32,000 nt of DNA from NCBI RefSeq assembly GCF_000354175.2, contig NC_022359.1:150001-182000 (forward strand). Direction: 5' to 3'. Below the pieces are notes generated by a model. It had not been told where the DNA came from. It made no database searches and worked only from the letters and a program-made list of their open reading frames with translations. A program made the translations under genes and the position numbers. Origin of the DNA: Vibrio alginolyticus NBRC 15630 = ATCC 17749. Its GTDB lineage: Bacteria > Pseudomonadota > Gammaproteobacteria > Enterobacterales > Vibrionaceae. This document shows positions 18,310-27,008 of this stretch, piece by piece (the first letter of the stretch is position 1; each line of letters begins with the position of its first letter).

Positions 18310-18663
18310 ATAAAGCTCCATTTTTACATTCCACTGTATATCGGTAACCTTTTTATTAGTTATAGCTCAATTATGACAAACCAAATGCATATAAAATGTA
18401 AAACAATAAAAAGAAGCAGGATAAGGATAAAGACGAACAGCAAATAAAAACATTAAACTTAAAAATGACGATTTTTAAGCATGTAATGCTAAAAAATAAC
18501 CACTAAAAACAAATGGTTATTATCTTATTCCAAATACAGAATCGACAATGAGTTAGAAGGTAGGGTGAAGTTGAGTGGAAAAAATCTAAAAAAAGTAGCA
18601 GAACGATACGAGAAGTTTAGAAAAGATTGGCGACCATTTCTTCCCGAAACAAAAATCTTCATG

Positions 18664-18694
18664 AAACAAAAATGCGCCCCAAAAAGGAGCGCAT
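18664..18694 (-). terminator. Rho-independent terminator downstream of tdh
   Basis: On the minus strand: AATGCGCTCC-ttttt-GGGGCGCATT followed by TTTTGTTT. Confidence 0.6.
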
Positions 18695-18710
18695 TTCTTA
18701 CTTGAATAAG

Positions 18711-19742
18711 TTATTCCCAATCAAGAATAACTTTGCCTGACATACCGCTGCGCATTACATCGAAGCCTTCTTGGAAGTCATCAATCTTGTAGTGGTGCGT
18801 GATGATTGGCGATAGATCCAGACCAGATTGGATCAGTGAAGCCATCTTGTACCAAGTTTCGAACATTTCGCGACCGTAGATACCTTTGATCACCAAGCCT
18901 TTGAAGATAACTTGGTTCCAGTCGATACCCATGTCTGACGGTGGAATACCGAGTAGTGCAATGCGACCACCGTGGTTCATTGTGGTTAGCATTGAGTTGA
19001 ATGCTGCTGGGTTACCAGACATTTCTAGACCAACGTCGAAGCCTTCTGTCATGCCTAGCTCAGCCATTACGTCTTCTAGCTTCTCTTCAGCCACGTTTAC
19101 TGCGCGTGTTACACCCATCTTACGAGCAAGTTCTAGACGGTATTCGTTCACGTCTGTGATCACTACGTGGCGAGCACCAACGTGTTTAGCAACCGCTGCT
19201 GCCATGATACCGATTGGACCAGCACCTGTGATAAGCACGTCTTCACCTACTAGGTCGAAAGAAAGTGCTGTGTGTACTGCGTTACCAAACGGGTCAAAGA
19301 TAGACGCTAGATCGTCAGAGATGCCTTCAGGGATCTTGAACGCGTTGAACGCTGGGATAACTAGGTATTCTGCGAATGCACCTTCGCGGTTAACGCCCAC
19401 ACCAATCGTGTTACGGCATAGGTGAGTACGGCCGCCACGACAGTTACGACAATGACCACACGTGATGTGACCTTCGCCAGATACGCGGTCACCGATTTCA
19501 AAGCCACGAACTTCCTGACCAATCGCAACCACTTCACCCACGTATTCGTGACCAACAACCATAGGCACTGGAATGGTTTTTTGTGACCATTCGTCCCAGT
19601 TGTAGATGTGTACGTCTGTACCACAGATAGCGGTTTTCTTAATTTTGATCAGAATGTCGTTATGGCCAACTTCAGGTTTATCAACCTCAGTCATCCAGAT
19701 GCCTTCTTCAGGCTTTAGCTTTGATAATGCTTTAATTTTCAT
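18711..19742 (-). CDS. tdh: L-threonine 3-dehydrogenase
   Basis: 343 aa zinc-dependent MDR. Motifs are GHEYVGEV and the structural-zinc Cys cluster [15 protein letters not shown]. It lies immediately downstream of kbl, as in the canonical kbl-tdh operon. Confidence 0.95.
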   Translation of the reverse strand: MKIKALSKLKPEEGIWMTEVDKPEVGHNDILIKIKKTAICGTDVHIYNWDEWSQKTIPVPMVVGHEYVGEVVAIGQEVRGFEIGDRVSGEGHITCGHCRNCRGGRTHLCRNTIGVGVNREGAFAEYLVIPAFNAFKIPEGISDDLASIFDPFGNAVHTALSFDLVGEDVLITGAGPIGIMAAAVAKHVGARHVVITDVNEYRLELARKMGVTRAVNVAEEKLEDVMAELGMTEGFDVGLEMSGNPAAFNSMLTTMNHGGRIALLGIPPSDMGIDWNQVIFKGLVIKGIYGREMFETWYKMASLIQSGLDLSPIITHHYKIDDFQEGFDVMRSGMSGKVILDWE

Positions 19743-19786
19743 AATGTAACCTTAATTAAAGGCCCTATTGTCTAAGGCCTAGAATC

Positions 19787-20980
19787 TTAAATAAGACCCA
19801 TGTCCTTACCAACTTGGATGAACGCGTCGATTGCACGGTCTAGTTGCTCGCGAGAGTGCGCCGCAGACATTTGAGTACGGATACGTGCTTGACCTTTTGG
19901 TACTACAGGGAATGAGAAGCCGATTACGTAGATGCCTTTCTCCAGCGCACGCTCTGCAAATTCTGCTGCTACTTTTGCGTCGCCAAGCATGATTGGGATG
20001 ATTGCGTGGTCAGCACCACCCATTGTGAAACCAGCGTCTTCCATACGAGTACGGAAGTGTGCTGCGTTTTCCCATAGACGATCACGTAGGTCACCGCTCT
20101 CTTCTAGTAGATCTAGAACGCGGATAGAAGCGCTTACGATTGCTGGTGCAACAGAGTTAGAGAATAGGTATGGACGAGAACGCTGACGTAGCCAGTCAAT
20201 CACTTCCGCTTTACCAGATGTGTAACCGCCTGAAGCGCCGCCCATTGCTTTGCCTAGCGTACCAGTGATGATGTCGATACGGTCAACCACGTTGTGGTGC
20301 TCGTGCGTACCTGCACCTGTTTTGCCCATGAAGCCAACAGCGTGAGAGTCATCAACCATAGTCAATGCGCCGTACTTCTCTGCTAGGTCACAGATAGCCG
20401 GAAGGTTTGCTACTACGCCGTCCATTGAGAACACACCGTCCGTTACGATAAGAATGTGGCGAGCACCTGCTTCTTTCGCAGCGATCAGTTGTTGCTCTAG
20501 CTCTTCCATGTTGTTGTTTGAGTAGCGGAAACGCATCGCTTTACATAGACGAACACCATCGATGATTGACGCGTGGTTTAAAGCGTCAGAGATGATTGCG
20601 TCTTCTTTGCCTAGAATAGTTTCAAATAGGCCCGCGTTTGCATCGAAACATGATGTGTAAAGAATCGTATCTTCTTTACCTAGGAACTTAGAAAGCTTCT
20701 GCTCAAGCTCTTTGTGGATGTCTTGCGTACCACAGATAAAACGTACTGAAGCCATACCAAAGCCGTGCTCGTCCATGCCTGCTTTACCCGCTTCGATAAG
20801 TGCCGGGTGGTTAGCAAGACCAAGGTAGTTGTTCGCACAGAAGTTTAGTACTTCTTCACCAGTAGAGATTTTAACAGCCGCTTGCTGTTGAGACGTAATG
20901 ACACGCTCTGATTTGTAAAGGCCTTCCGCCTTTACTTCTTCGATTTGCTGCTGAATCTGTTGGTAGAATGCAGAAGACAT
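19787..20980 (-). CDS. kbl: 2-amino-3-ketobutyrate CoA ligase (glycine C-acetyltransferase)
   Basis: 397 aa alpha-oxoamine synthase. PLP-Lys region is [18 protein letters not shown] is AGGAAGGA. Operon partner of tdh. Confidence 0.95.
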   Translation of the reverse strand: MSSAFYQQIQQQIEEVKAEGLYKSERVITSQQQAAVKISTGEEVLNFCANNYLGLANHPALIEAGKAGMDEHGFGMASVRFICGTQDIHKELEQKLSKFLGKEDTILYTSCFDANAGLFETILGKEDAIISDALNHASIIDGVRLCKAMRFRYSNNNMEELEQQLIAAKEAGARHILIVTDGVFSMDGVVANLPAICDLAEKYGALTMVDDSHAVGFMGKTGAGTHEHHNVVDRIDIITGTLGKAMGGASGGYTSGKAEVIDWLRQRSRPYLFSNSVAPAIVSASIRVLDLLEESGDLRDRLWENAAHFRTRMEDAGFTMGGADHAIIPIMLGDAKVAAEFAERALEKGIYVIGFSFPVVPKGQARIRTQMSAAHSREQLDRAIDAFIQVGKDMGLI

Positions 20981-21125
20981 TTGAAATTCCTTCCTAGTTA
21001 TTTTGGCGAGTATTTACTCGTTTAGAATTAGGTTGAGCCTTTATGTGACGGGCGTCACGGGCTATCACTCATCAATTAATTGTAGTGTAATTCAAGGAAG
21101 GAGGAAGGATTATACCTTAAGGTGG

Positions 21126-21169
21126 AAAAGCATTAATGAATCCGAGGCACAAATTCAATTAATGCTTTT
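21126..21169 (-). terminator. Weak AT-rich hairpin downstream of the GGDEF-EAL gene
   Basis: 12-bp inverted repeat AAAAGCATTAAT (21126-21137) / ATTAATGCTTTT (21158-21169) with a 20-nt loop. The U-tract is part of the stem end. Low predicted stability. Confidence 0.3.
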
Positions 21170-21192
21170 CTATGAGGTTGTTATAAAAGGAA

Positions 21193-23523
21193 TTATAGCC
21201 AGGTAGGCTTAGCCAAAAGTGCTTCAAAGTCCTTAGCAGGTAATGGTCGGCTATAGTGGAAACCTTGTCCGAACTCACAGTTTAGGTTTTTCAGGTAATC
21301 CACATGACGCTGTTCTTCGATGCCTTCTGCGACGATCTTAAGATCCAGCGCTTTCGCCATTGCTATGATTACGTTCACAAGCTCGCGGTCTGAGTCGTTC
21401 TCGAACATATTTTGCATAAAGCTACGATCAATCTTTAAGCGGTCGAACGGAAACTTCTGCAAGTAACTCAGCGCAGAATAACCAGTACCAAAATCATCAA
21501 TAGTAAGTTTGGTGCCTAACGCTCGTAAGTTATTAAGCATGTCTAATAGCTCAGAATCGTGATTGAAGAGGAGACTTTCTGTCACTTCAATATCGAACTT
21601 ATCTGACGGAAGACCAGACTCCTCAAGGCTGTGTTTAATAAACGTAAGTAAGCGCTCGCAGTACCTAAATTGAACACTAGAAAAGTTTACAGAAACAAAC
21701 AACGGAGTCAGACTCTGCCATTGTGCCGCTTGTCGACACGCTTGTTGAATAGCAAACTCACCAATTTGATGAATTAAACCATTTTTCTCTGCAATAGAGA
21801 TAAACTCTTCAGGGTTTACAAATCCGTACTTGTCATCATTCCAACGCATTAGCGCTTCTGCACCTACGATTTTACCACTACTCAGCTCAATAATTGGCTG
21901 ATAATACAGCTCTAATAACTGATTGGAGATCGCACTTCTCAGACGATTTTCCAGATCCAAATAGCGTTGCAAATCTTGGTTCATATTATGGTTATAAAAA
22001 CAAAAGCCATCACGCCCATCTTGTTTCGCCCGATACATTGCCATATCAGCACATGCAAGGAGCTGCTCAGCGTTGTCTCCGTCATCCGGGAACACAGACA
22101 TTCCGACGCTGCTACTCAAGAAGAATTCATGGTTGTTCCAAACAAACGGATCGTTAAACGCCGAAAGTACACTTGAAGCAACTCGCTTTGCAGTATCATT
22201 ATCAGGCAAATCAGGGATGACGAGTAAAAACTCATCCCCACCAATTCTCGCCAATAAGTCTGTTTTTCTCGCGACTTGATACAGTCGCTGAGCACTGAGT
22301 TTAAGGATTTCATCCCCAACAAAGTGTCCCATTGAATCGTTAATCTGCTTGAAGTGGTCTAAGTCGATGAACATCACCAAAACTTTAGACCCACTACGCG
22401 ATGCCCTAATTAACTCCAAAGCCAATCGCTCGGAACCATAACTACGATTAGGCAAATTAGTTAATGTGTCATATTTAGCTTGGAAGGCGAGTTCTTTTTC
22501 AGACGCTTTTCGACGTTCAATTTCGTTCGTTAATTTTTTATTCTGTTGAGAAAGAATATCTTTACGCTTTTTTTCTTCCTCAAGCTTAATTTTCAATTCA
22601 ATCCTATTATTGTTCGTGATGAATGCATAACATAAAGCAATGACGATCATAACGGCCAGAATACTCAAACCAATAATAAAGAGCCGTGATGTAAATATAT
22701 CTCGTTCACTCAAAGGCTCGAACCACGCCATCAATTTAAAGTGATGTTTATCCACAGGCACTTCAAAGTAAATTTTTCCGTCTACAGCCTCAGAAACGAA
22801 ATAGTTCTCATCCTTATTGTGAGAAGGTGTTTTATTTATGGTATCCCATACAACCATTTCCACGTCTTTTATTTTTAGCACCATTCGGCTATAACTATCT
22901 TCGTGTTCTTGGTTAGTAAGTTGGTCAATAACAATATTCTTATTAAGATCGGCAATTAAAAAAGCAACAGGCTTTCCGGAGAACTTAACTTGCTTAATGA
23001 CTTGAATGCGAACGTCATCATTGTATCGCGTCGCACAAACCTCTTCGGGATGCCCGTGTTGAGTCATTAAGGTTTGTATGTCCATTTTGTGCTCGGCAAG
23101 GTTTTCAGATCCAGTGGTGACAATGGTGACTCCATCACTGCCTACCAGCGTGAGCTTCTTATAGATTTGGCTGCTATTAATTAGCTTACTGTCTATCTTC
23201 TCATCGAAGCGACGCTTTAAATTAATTAGACTGGCTCCTAAGCCATACTCCATTGACATGCCAGAAGCTAAATTACCAAAGAATGTTTGTATTGTTTTAT
23301 CTGTAGCTAGATTATCAACATCTTCACTCGCTATGGTAAATAAATTATCGAGTGTGCTTGCATAACTTTTTACTTTTAAATCTAGTTCTCTGTATTGAGA
23401 TTCTTTTAACTTATTTTGACCTACGCTAGTCACAGTAATAAGCATAGCTAAGTAAATTGAAACTAATATTGCGCTTATTGTAATAAATCTTTTACTGGAA
23501 AATTTTTTAACGGCCTTATTCAT
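21193..23523 (-). CDS. scrC: Membrane-bound periplasmic-sensor GGDEF-EAL protein (ScrC-like bifunctional c-di-GMP enzyme)
   Basis: 776 aa. It has TM1, a periplasmic domain of about 250 aa, TM2 and a coiled coil. The GGDEF is intact (RIGGDEF) with an RxxD I-site (RKTD) 5 residues upstream. The EAL domain is intact (EALMRW, DDFGTGYS, KIDRSF, EGIE, QGFHYS). An ATGA overlap links it to the upstream binding-protein gene. The three-gene architecture equals V. parahaemolyticus scrABC. Confidence 0.7.
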   Translation of the reverse strand: MNKAVKKFSSKRFITISAILVSIYLAMLITVTSVGQNKLKESQYRELDLKVKSYASTLDNLFTIASEDVDNLATDKTIQTFFGNLASGMSMEYGLGASLINLKRRFDEKIDSKLINSSQIYKKLTLVGSDGVTIVTTGSENLAEHKMDIQTLMTQHGHPEEVCATRYNDDVRIQVIKQVKFSGKPVAFLIADLNKNIVIDQLTNQEHEDSYSRMVLKIKDVEMVVWDTINKTPSHNKDENYFVSEAVDGKIYFEVPVDKHHFKLMAWFEPLSERDIFTSRLFIIGLSILAVMIVIALCYAFITNNNRIELKIKLEEEKKRKDILSQQNKKLTNEIERRKASEKELAFQAKYDTLTNLPNRSYGSERLALELIRASRSGSKVLVMFIDLDHFKQINDSMGHFVGDEILKLSAQRLYQVARKTDLLARIGGDEFLLVIPDLPDNDTAKRVASSVLSAFNDPFVWNNHEFFLSSSVGMSVFPDDGDNAEQLLACADMAMYRAKQDGRDGFCFYNHNMNQDLQRYLDLENRLRSAISNQLLELYYQPIIELSSGKIVGAEALMRWNDDKYGFVNPEEFISIAEKNGLIHQIGEFAIQQACRQAAQWQSLTPLFVSVNFSSVQFRYCERLLTFIKHSLEESGLPSDKFDIEVTESLLFNHDSELLDMLNNLRALGTKLTIDDFGTGYSALSYLQKFPFDRLKIDRSFMQNMFENDSDRELVNVIIAMAKALDLKIVAEGIEEQRHVDYLKNLNCEFGQGFHYSRPLPAKDFEALLAKPTWL

Positions 23524-24452
23524 CGGAGTTTCTTTTTATCTTCTATAAAGTAATCGTTATAAAAGTAGTAAATAGATGGATAGTATTTTTTTACTAGTTT
23601 TTCGTATGAACCGTCTTGTTTTATCGAGTCTAAATAACGATCAAATGCTTTGCGTAATTCAGGGGAATTTTTACGGAATGCAACAGCCATTTTTTGATTC
23701 TCAGATATAGGGCCAATGACTTTTATTTCACCCGGCCATTTTTCGAGGGCAATTAGCGTATCCGCAACATCTAATAATGTGCTTTCCGCATCATTTTTCA
23801 TTATCGCTGGAACCATCTCATTAAGGAGACGCGCCCCATCAGGTAATATAACTTTTGCACCTGTGTCATATAAGTCATAAAGGTTAGGATCCAAGCAAGA
23901 ATGTTCTAAAGCTAACACTTCGCGACCATCGATCAGCTGCTTGACGTTTTTAACATCTTCATCGACCGACCCACTTGGTTTAATCGGGCTCAGACTAGAG
24001 TCGGATCTGGAAACCAACCATACACCTGAAGGAAAATAATCTTGTGAAAAATCGACAACCTCAGAACGCCAATCAAGAATAGTAACGCCATTTGCGATCA
24101 AATCGCCTTCAATTGGAACACTTTCTCCGACAACAGCCTGCTTGTTGTGATATTGCACATTTTGCCCTGTCAACTTACCAACCACGTCGCTCCACTGTGC
24201 TGGAACATACTGGTACTGAACACCTAACGACTTGGCAAAACCTTTTATTATCTCTACATCCAAGCCAGTCAAAGTTTCCACTTCACCTTGTTCAATATAG
24301 GAGACAAAGTTAGCGTACGGGACACCAATGTGACGCAGTACACCGCGTTCACGGATTTGTTGTAAATCGTCTGACCAAGCGGCAGACGACGCAACAGAGG
24401 TAACCATGAGCGCCACCGTCGCTAAAGTTCTTTTGAATGTTATGACTGACAT
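23520..24452 (-). CDS. scrB: Periplasmic solute-binding protein, family 3 (ScrB-like)
   Basis: The preferred start is ATG 24452 (AAGGA RBS), giving signal peptide MSVITFKRTLATVALMVTSVASSAAWS. The body is SBP_bac_3-like. Its stop overlaps the scrC-like start. Confidence 0.7.
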   Translation of the reverse strand: MSVITFKRTLATVALMVTSVASSAAWSDDLQQIRERGVLRHIGVPYANFVSYIEQGEVETLTGLDVEIIKGFAKSLGVQYQYVPAQWSDVVGKLTGQNVQYHNKQAVVGESVPIEGDLIANGVTILDWRSEVVDFSQDYFPSGVWLVSRSDSSLSPIKPSGSVDEDVKNVKQLIDGREVLALEHSCLDPNLYDLYDTGAKVILPDGARLLNEMVPAIMKNDAESTLLDVADTLIALEKWPGEIKVIGPISENQKMAVAFRKNSPELRKAFDRYLDSIKQDGSYEKLVKKYYPSIYYFYNDYFIEDKKKLR

Positions 24453-24514
24453 AATAATATCCTTACCTTTCACAAAGCGCCCAATAATGGGCGCTTGAGT
24501 GATAAACAACGATG

Positions 24515-25924
24515 TTAGAACGACGAGTAATACAAATTCGTCATCGCCACTACGAGCCCTTCCACATCTTGTTCGTCATGGAACAAATGCGTAGAGATAC
24601 GCAGCGCGTAAGTATCAAAGTCATCATCCTTATGCAGCTTAAAGCTAGTCGTACGGATGATGTAACCATACTCTTCACGTAAACGATCTCGGAATTCCGT
24701 CAATATCTCTTCATTAGTTACATCGGAGAACGGGTTAACCGTCGTTAAGCCACTGGTTAAGCCTTCCACGTTTGGTGAATACATTTTGGCTTGTGGTAAG
24801 TACTCTTGAAGCAAGGTTTTACATAAACTACCAAGGCTTACAACTCGCTCTTCGATACGGTCTCGACCAATCTCATCCCACATTTTGCAACTATCAACTA
24901 GTGCTTGTTTCGCAGGATAGTTATCGTTACCAATGTATTGCATTTGCAGCTGTTTACCCAGGTAATCAGCATGAGAAAGTGAGGAGTTGATCAACCATAA
25001 CGGGTTCTCTCGGTCGCTCCAATACTCATTCAAACGGTTACCGTTATCACGAACATACAGAATACCTGTCGCGCCCGGACCACACTGCCACTTATGACCA
25101 GATCCTGCATAGAAATCACAATCCATATCGTGGAAATCAAGGTCAAACATACCGACCGTATGCGCGCCATCAACAAGAGTAGGCACGCCATACTCTTTTG
25201 CTAAAGCACAAATGGCTTTGGCTGGTAGCGCGGTTCCTGTTTTGTATGTGATATGAGAGAAAACAATTAGGCGAACGTTTTGATTCGCATCAAGCGCGTC
25301 TTGGAACGCTTGAATGTAATCTTGCTCAGAAACGTTTTCAGTACCAGTAAATACTGGTAGTTGAATTTCTACCACATCCACACCAAAACGATGTTTCGCT
25401 ACGTTCATAGGTGATGTTGCAGCAATATGTTCATGGTGTGTCGTTAGAATCACATCACCTGGTTCAAAGTGTAAGCCATTAATGATCGAGCATAAGCCAT
25501 CAGTAGTGTTGCGGCTGAGAATGATCTCTTCTGGGTTAGCACCAAAACCTGGTGCGACGTCTTTAACCATCTCTGAAACATAAGGCCAAGAGCCAAATTT
25601 GCCTTTCATATCCCAAGGATATTTAGCCACCAGCTTGTTGTTATGCTCGTAATCTTCAAGAACATGTTTTGGCATTGAACCTGTTGTACCAATGTTCATG
25701 TAAGTGGTTCGTTTGTCCAAAACGAACTGTCTTCGCACTTTACGCCAGAAGCGCTTATCGTGTTTTCTACCTAGCCCGCGGCTGCTCCAATCAATTTTCT
25801 GTTCTCGTGCTTGAGCTACGCCTGAGAAAGCGGAAGCACTCACACCAGCAACAACAGCTCCTGTTGCGCCTTTCAGAAAATTACGGCGGCTGCTATTAGT
25901 CTGAATAGATTCCTTGTCTTTCAT
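24515..25924 (-). CDS. scrA: Class V aminotransferase-fold PLP-dependent enzyme with Tat signal peptide (ScrA-like)
   Basis: The preferred start is ATG 25924 (AAGGA 9 nt upstream). The N-terminus MKDKESIQTNSSRRNFLKGATGAVVAGVSASAFSGVAQA contains the exact Tat consensus S-R-R-x-F-L-K and an AxA cleavage site. The PLP-Lys motif is GSGHKWQCGPGATG. The track's longer start (26005) lacks an RBS. Confidence 0.7.
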   Translation of the reverse strand: MKDKESIQTNSSRRNFLKGATGAVVAGVSASAFSGVAQAREQKIDWSSRGLGRKHDKRFWRKVRRQFVLDKRTTYMNIGTTGSMPKHVLEDYEHNNKLVAKYPWDMKGKFGSWPYVSEMVKDVAPGFGANPEEIILSRNTTDGLCSIINGLHFEPGDVILTTHHEHIAATSPMNVAKHRFGVDVVEIQLPVFTGTENVSEQDYIQAFQDALDANQNVRLIVFSHITYKTGTALPAKAICALAKEYGVPTLVDGAHTVGMFDLDFHDMDCDFYAGSGHKWQCGPGATGILYVRDNGNRLNEYWSDRENPLWLINSSLSHADYLGKQLQMQYIGNDNYPAKQALVDSCKMWDEIGRDRIEERVVSLGSLCKTLLQEYLPQAKMYSPNVEGLTSGLTTVNPFSDVTNEEILTEFRDRLREEYGYIIRTTSFKLHKDDDFDTYALRISTHLFHDEQDVEGLVVAMTNLYYSSF

Positions 25925-26465
25925 CTTTTTCAATCCTTGTCGGAAATTAGCCATATTATTAATTTTAAGTGCGTAACTATCTGTTACTAAAACATTATTA
26001 CCCATTACAATCAGAGTTTAATTTTTTCCTCTGCCATTAAGTGACTTTAGTTCCAATTTTTTATCTTATTTGATGATATAAGCAACAGTTTGACCACAAA
26101 TCTATAAACAACAATGTTCACATTAATATATTCGTTAATTTGACTATTCTTTATTGCGGACAATTCCACCAAATTCTTTATAAAACAATTATGAGCTTTG
26201 TTATAAAGTCATTAAAAATTTAACTTTGCGTTAATTTAAAAATATTCAGGCTATTTTAAGATTGGCGTCTATTCTTTTTATATCTTAACGATCTCAATAT
26301 GTTAAGACTAAATAAGAGAAAGCTGATTTCGGATCGAGATATCAGTTTAAGACCATAAAGTGATACACATCACTCTATGACATAAACTCACCGCTCAACA
26401 GACATAAGTAAAACAGGTTTTCACTAATATGTGCTTGAGCGTACACGCTAAAAGAAGGAGGTCCC

Positions 26466-26981
26466 ATGTTAAAAGGATTGCTATGCATTTCAGTTGCATC
26501 CGCTCTTGTCGCCGCCCCTAACGCGCTAGCAAAAACGGTAGAAATGACTGCTCTCAACACCAATGAGAGCGCGGGTACCATTGAGATTTCACAAAGTGAT
26601 TATGGCGTTGTTTTTACGCCTCAATTATCAGGTTTGTCAGCAGGTGTGCACGGTTTCCATGTTCACACTAATCCATCTTGCGATAGCATAGAAAAGGATG
26701 ACAAAACCGTATTAGGCGGCGCAGCAGGTGGCCATTATGATCCTAACAACACAGGGAAGCATGGCTATCCTTGGACCAATGACAATCATTTAGGCGACTT
26801 GCCTCCACTCTATGTGGACATGGACGGCAATGCCAATCAGCCCGTTGTCGCGCCTCGCCTAAAATTATCGGATTTAAAAGGTCGAGCGTTAATGATCCAT
26901 GCAGGTGGTGACAATCACTCCGATCACCCAAGTAAGCTAGGTGGTGGCGGCGCTCGCGTCGTATGTGGTGTTATTGAATAA
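26466..26981 (+). CDS. sodC: Periplasmic Cu,Zn superoxide dismutase
   Basis: Signal peptide is [22 protein letters not shown]. Motifs are [16 protein letters not shown] and HAGGDNHSD...[12 protein letters not shown]. Strong RBS AGAAGGAGG. Confidence 0.92.
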   Translation: MLKGLLCISVASALVAAPNALAKTVEMTALNTNESAGTIEISQSDYGVVFTPQLSGLSAGVHGFHVHTNPSCDSIEKDDKTVLGGAAGGHYDPNNTGKHGYPWTNDNHLGDLPPLYVDMDGNANQPVVAPRLKLSDLKGRALMIHAGGDNHSDHPSKLGGGGARVVCGVIE

Positions 26982-27008
26982 ACATTAACTTATGTCTCAC
27001 ACTTCTCT

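Noticed and set aside
18560-18662. About 46-codon minus-strand ORF (MKIFVSGRNGRQSFLNFSYRS...) just downstream of the tdh terminator.
   Set aside because: It has no RBS and an odd Phe/Arg/Ser-rich composition driven by A/T tracts. It lies in the pilus promoter region and is most likely non-coding.
18322-18710. Invertible-promoter (fimS-like) phase switch for the pilus operon.
   Set aside because: There are no flanking inverted repeats of adequate length, and no recombinase gene anywhere in the window. Only short AT-rich dyads were found.
18886-19425. 179-aa ORF on the plus strand inside tdh. The same class includes 2040..2348, 2703..3125, 7127..7594, 7757..8215, 8246..8668, 9172..9462, 9989..10336, 15950..16270, 27224..27589 and 29348..29620.
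   Set aside because: These are antisense shadow ORFs lying entirely within well-supported genes on the opposite strand. They have Ser/Arg/Pro/Ala-rich low-complexity translations, no RBS and no recognisable motifs.
21003-21206. 67-aa ORF in the kbl / scrC-like intergenic region.
   Set aside because: It has no RBS and overlaps the kbl promoter region and the scrC-like 3' hairpin. The composition is not coding-like.
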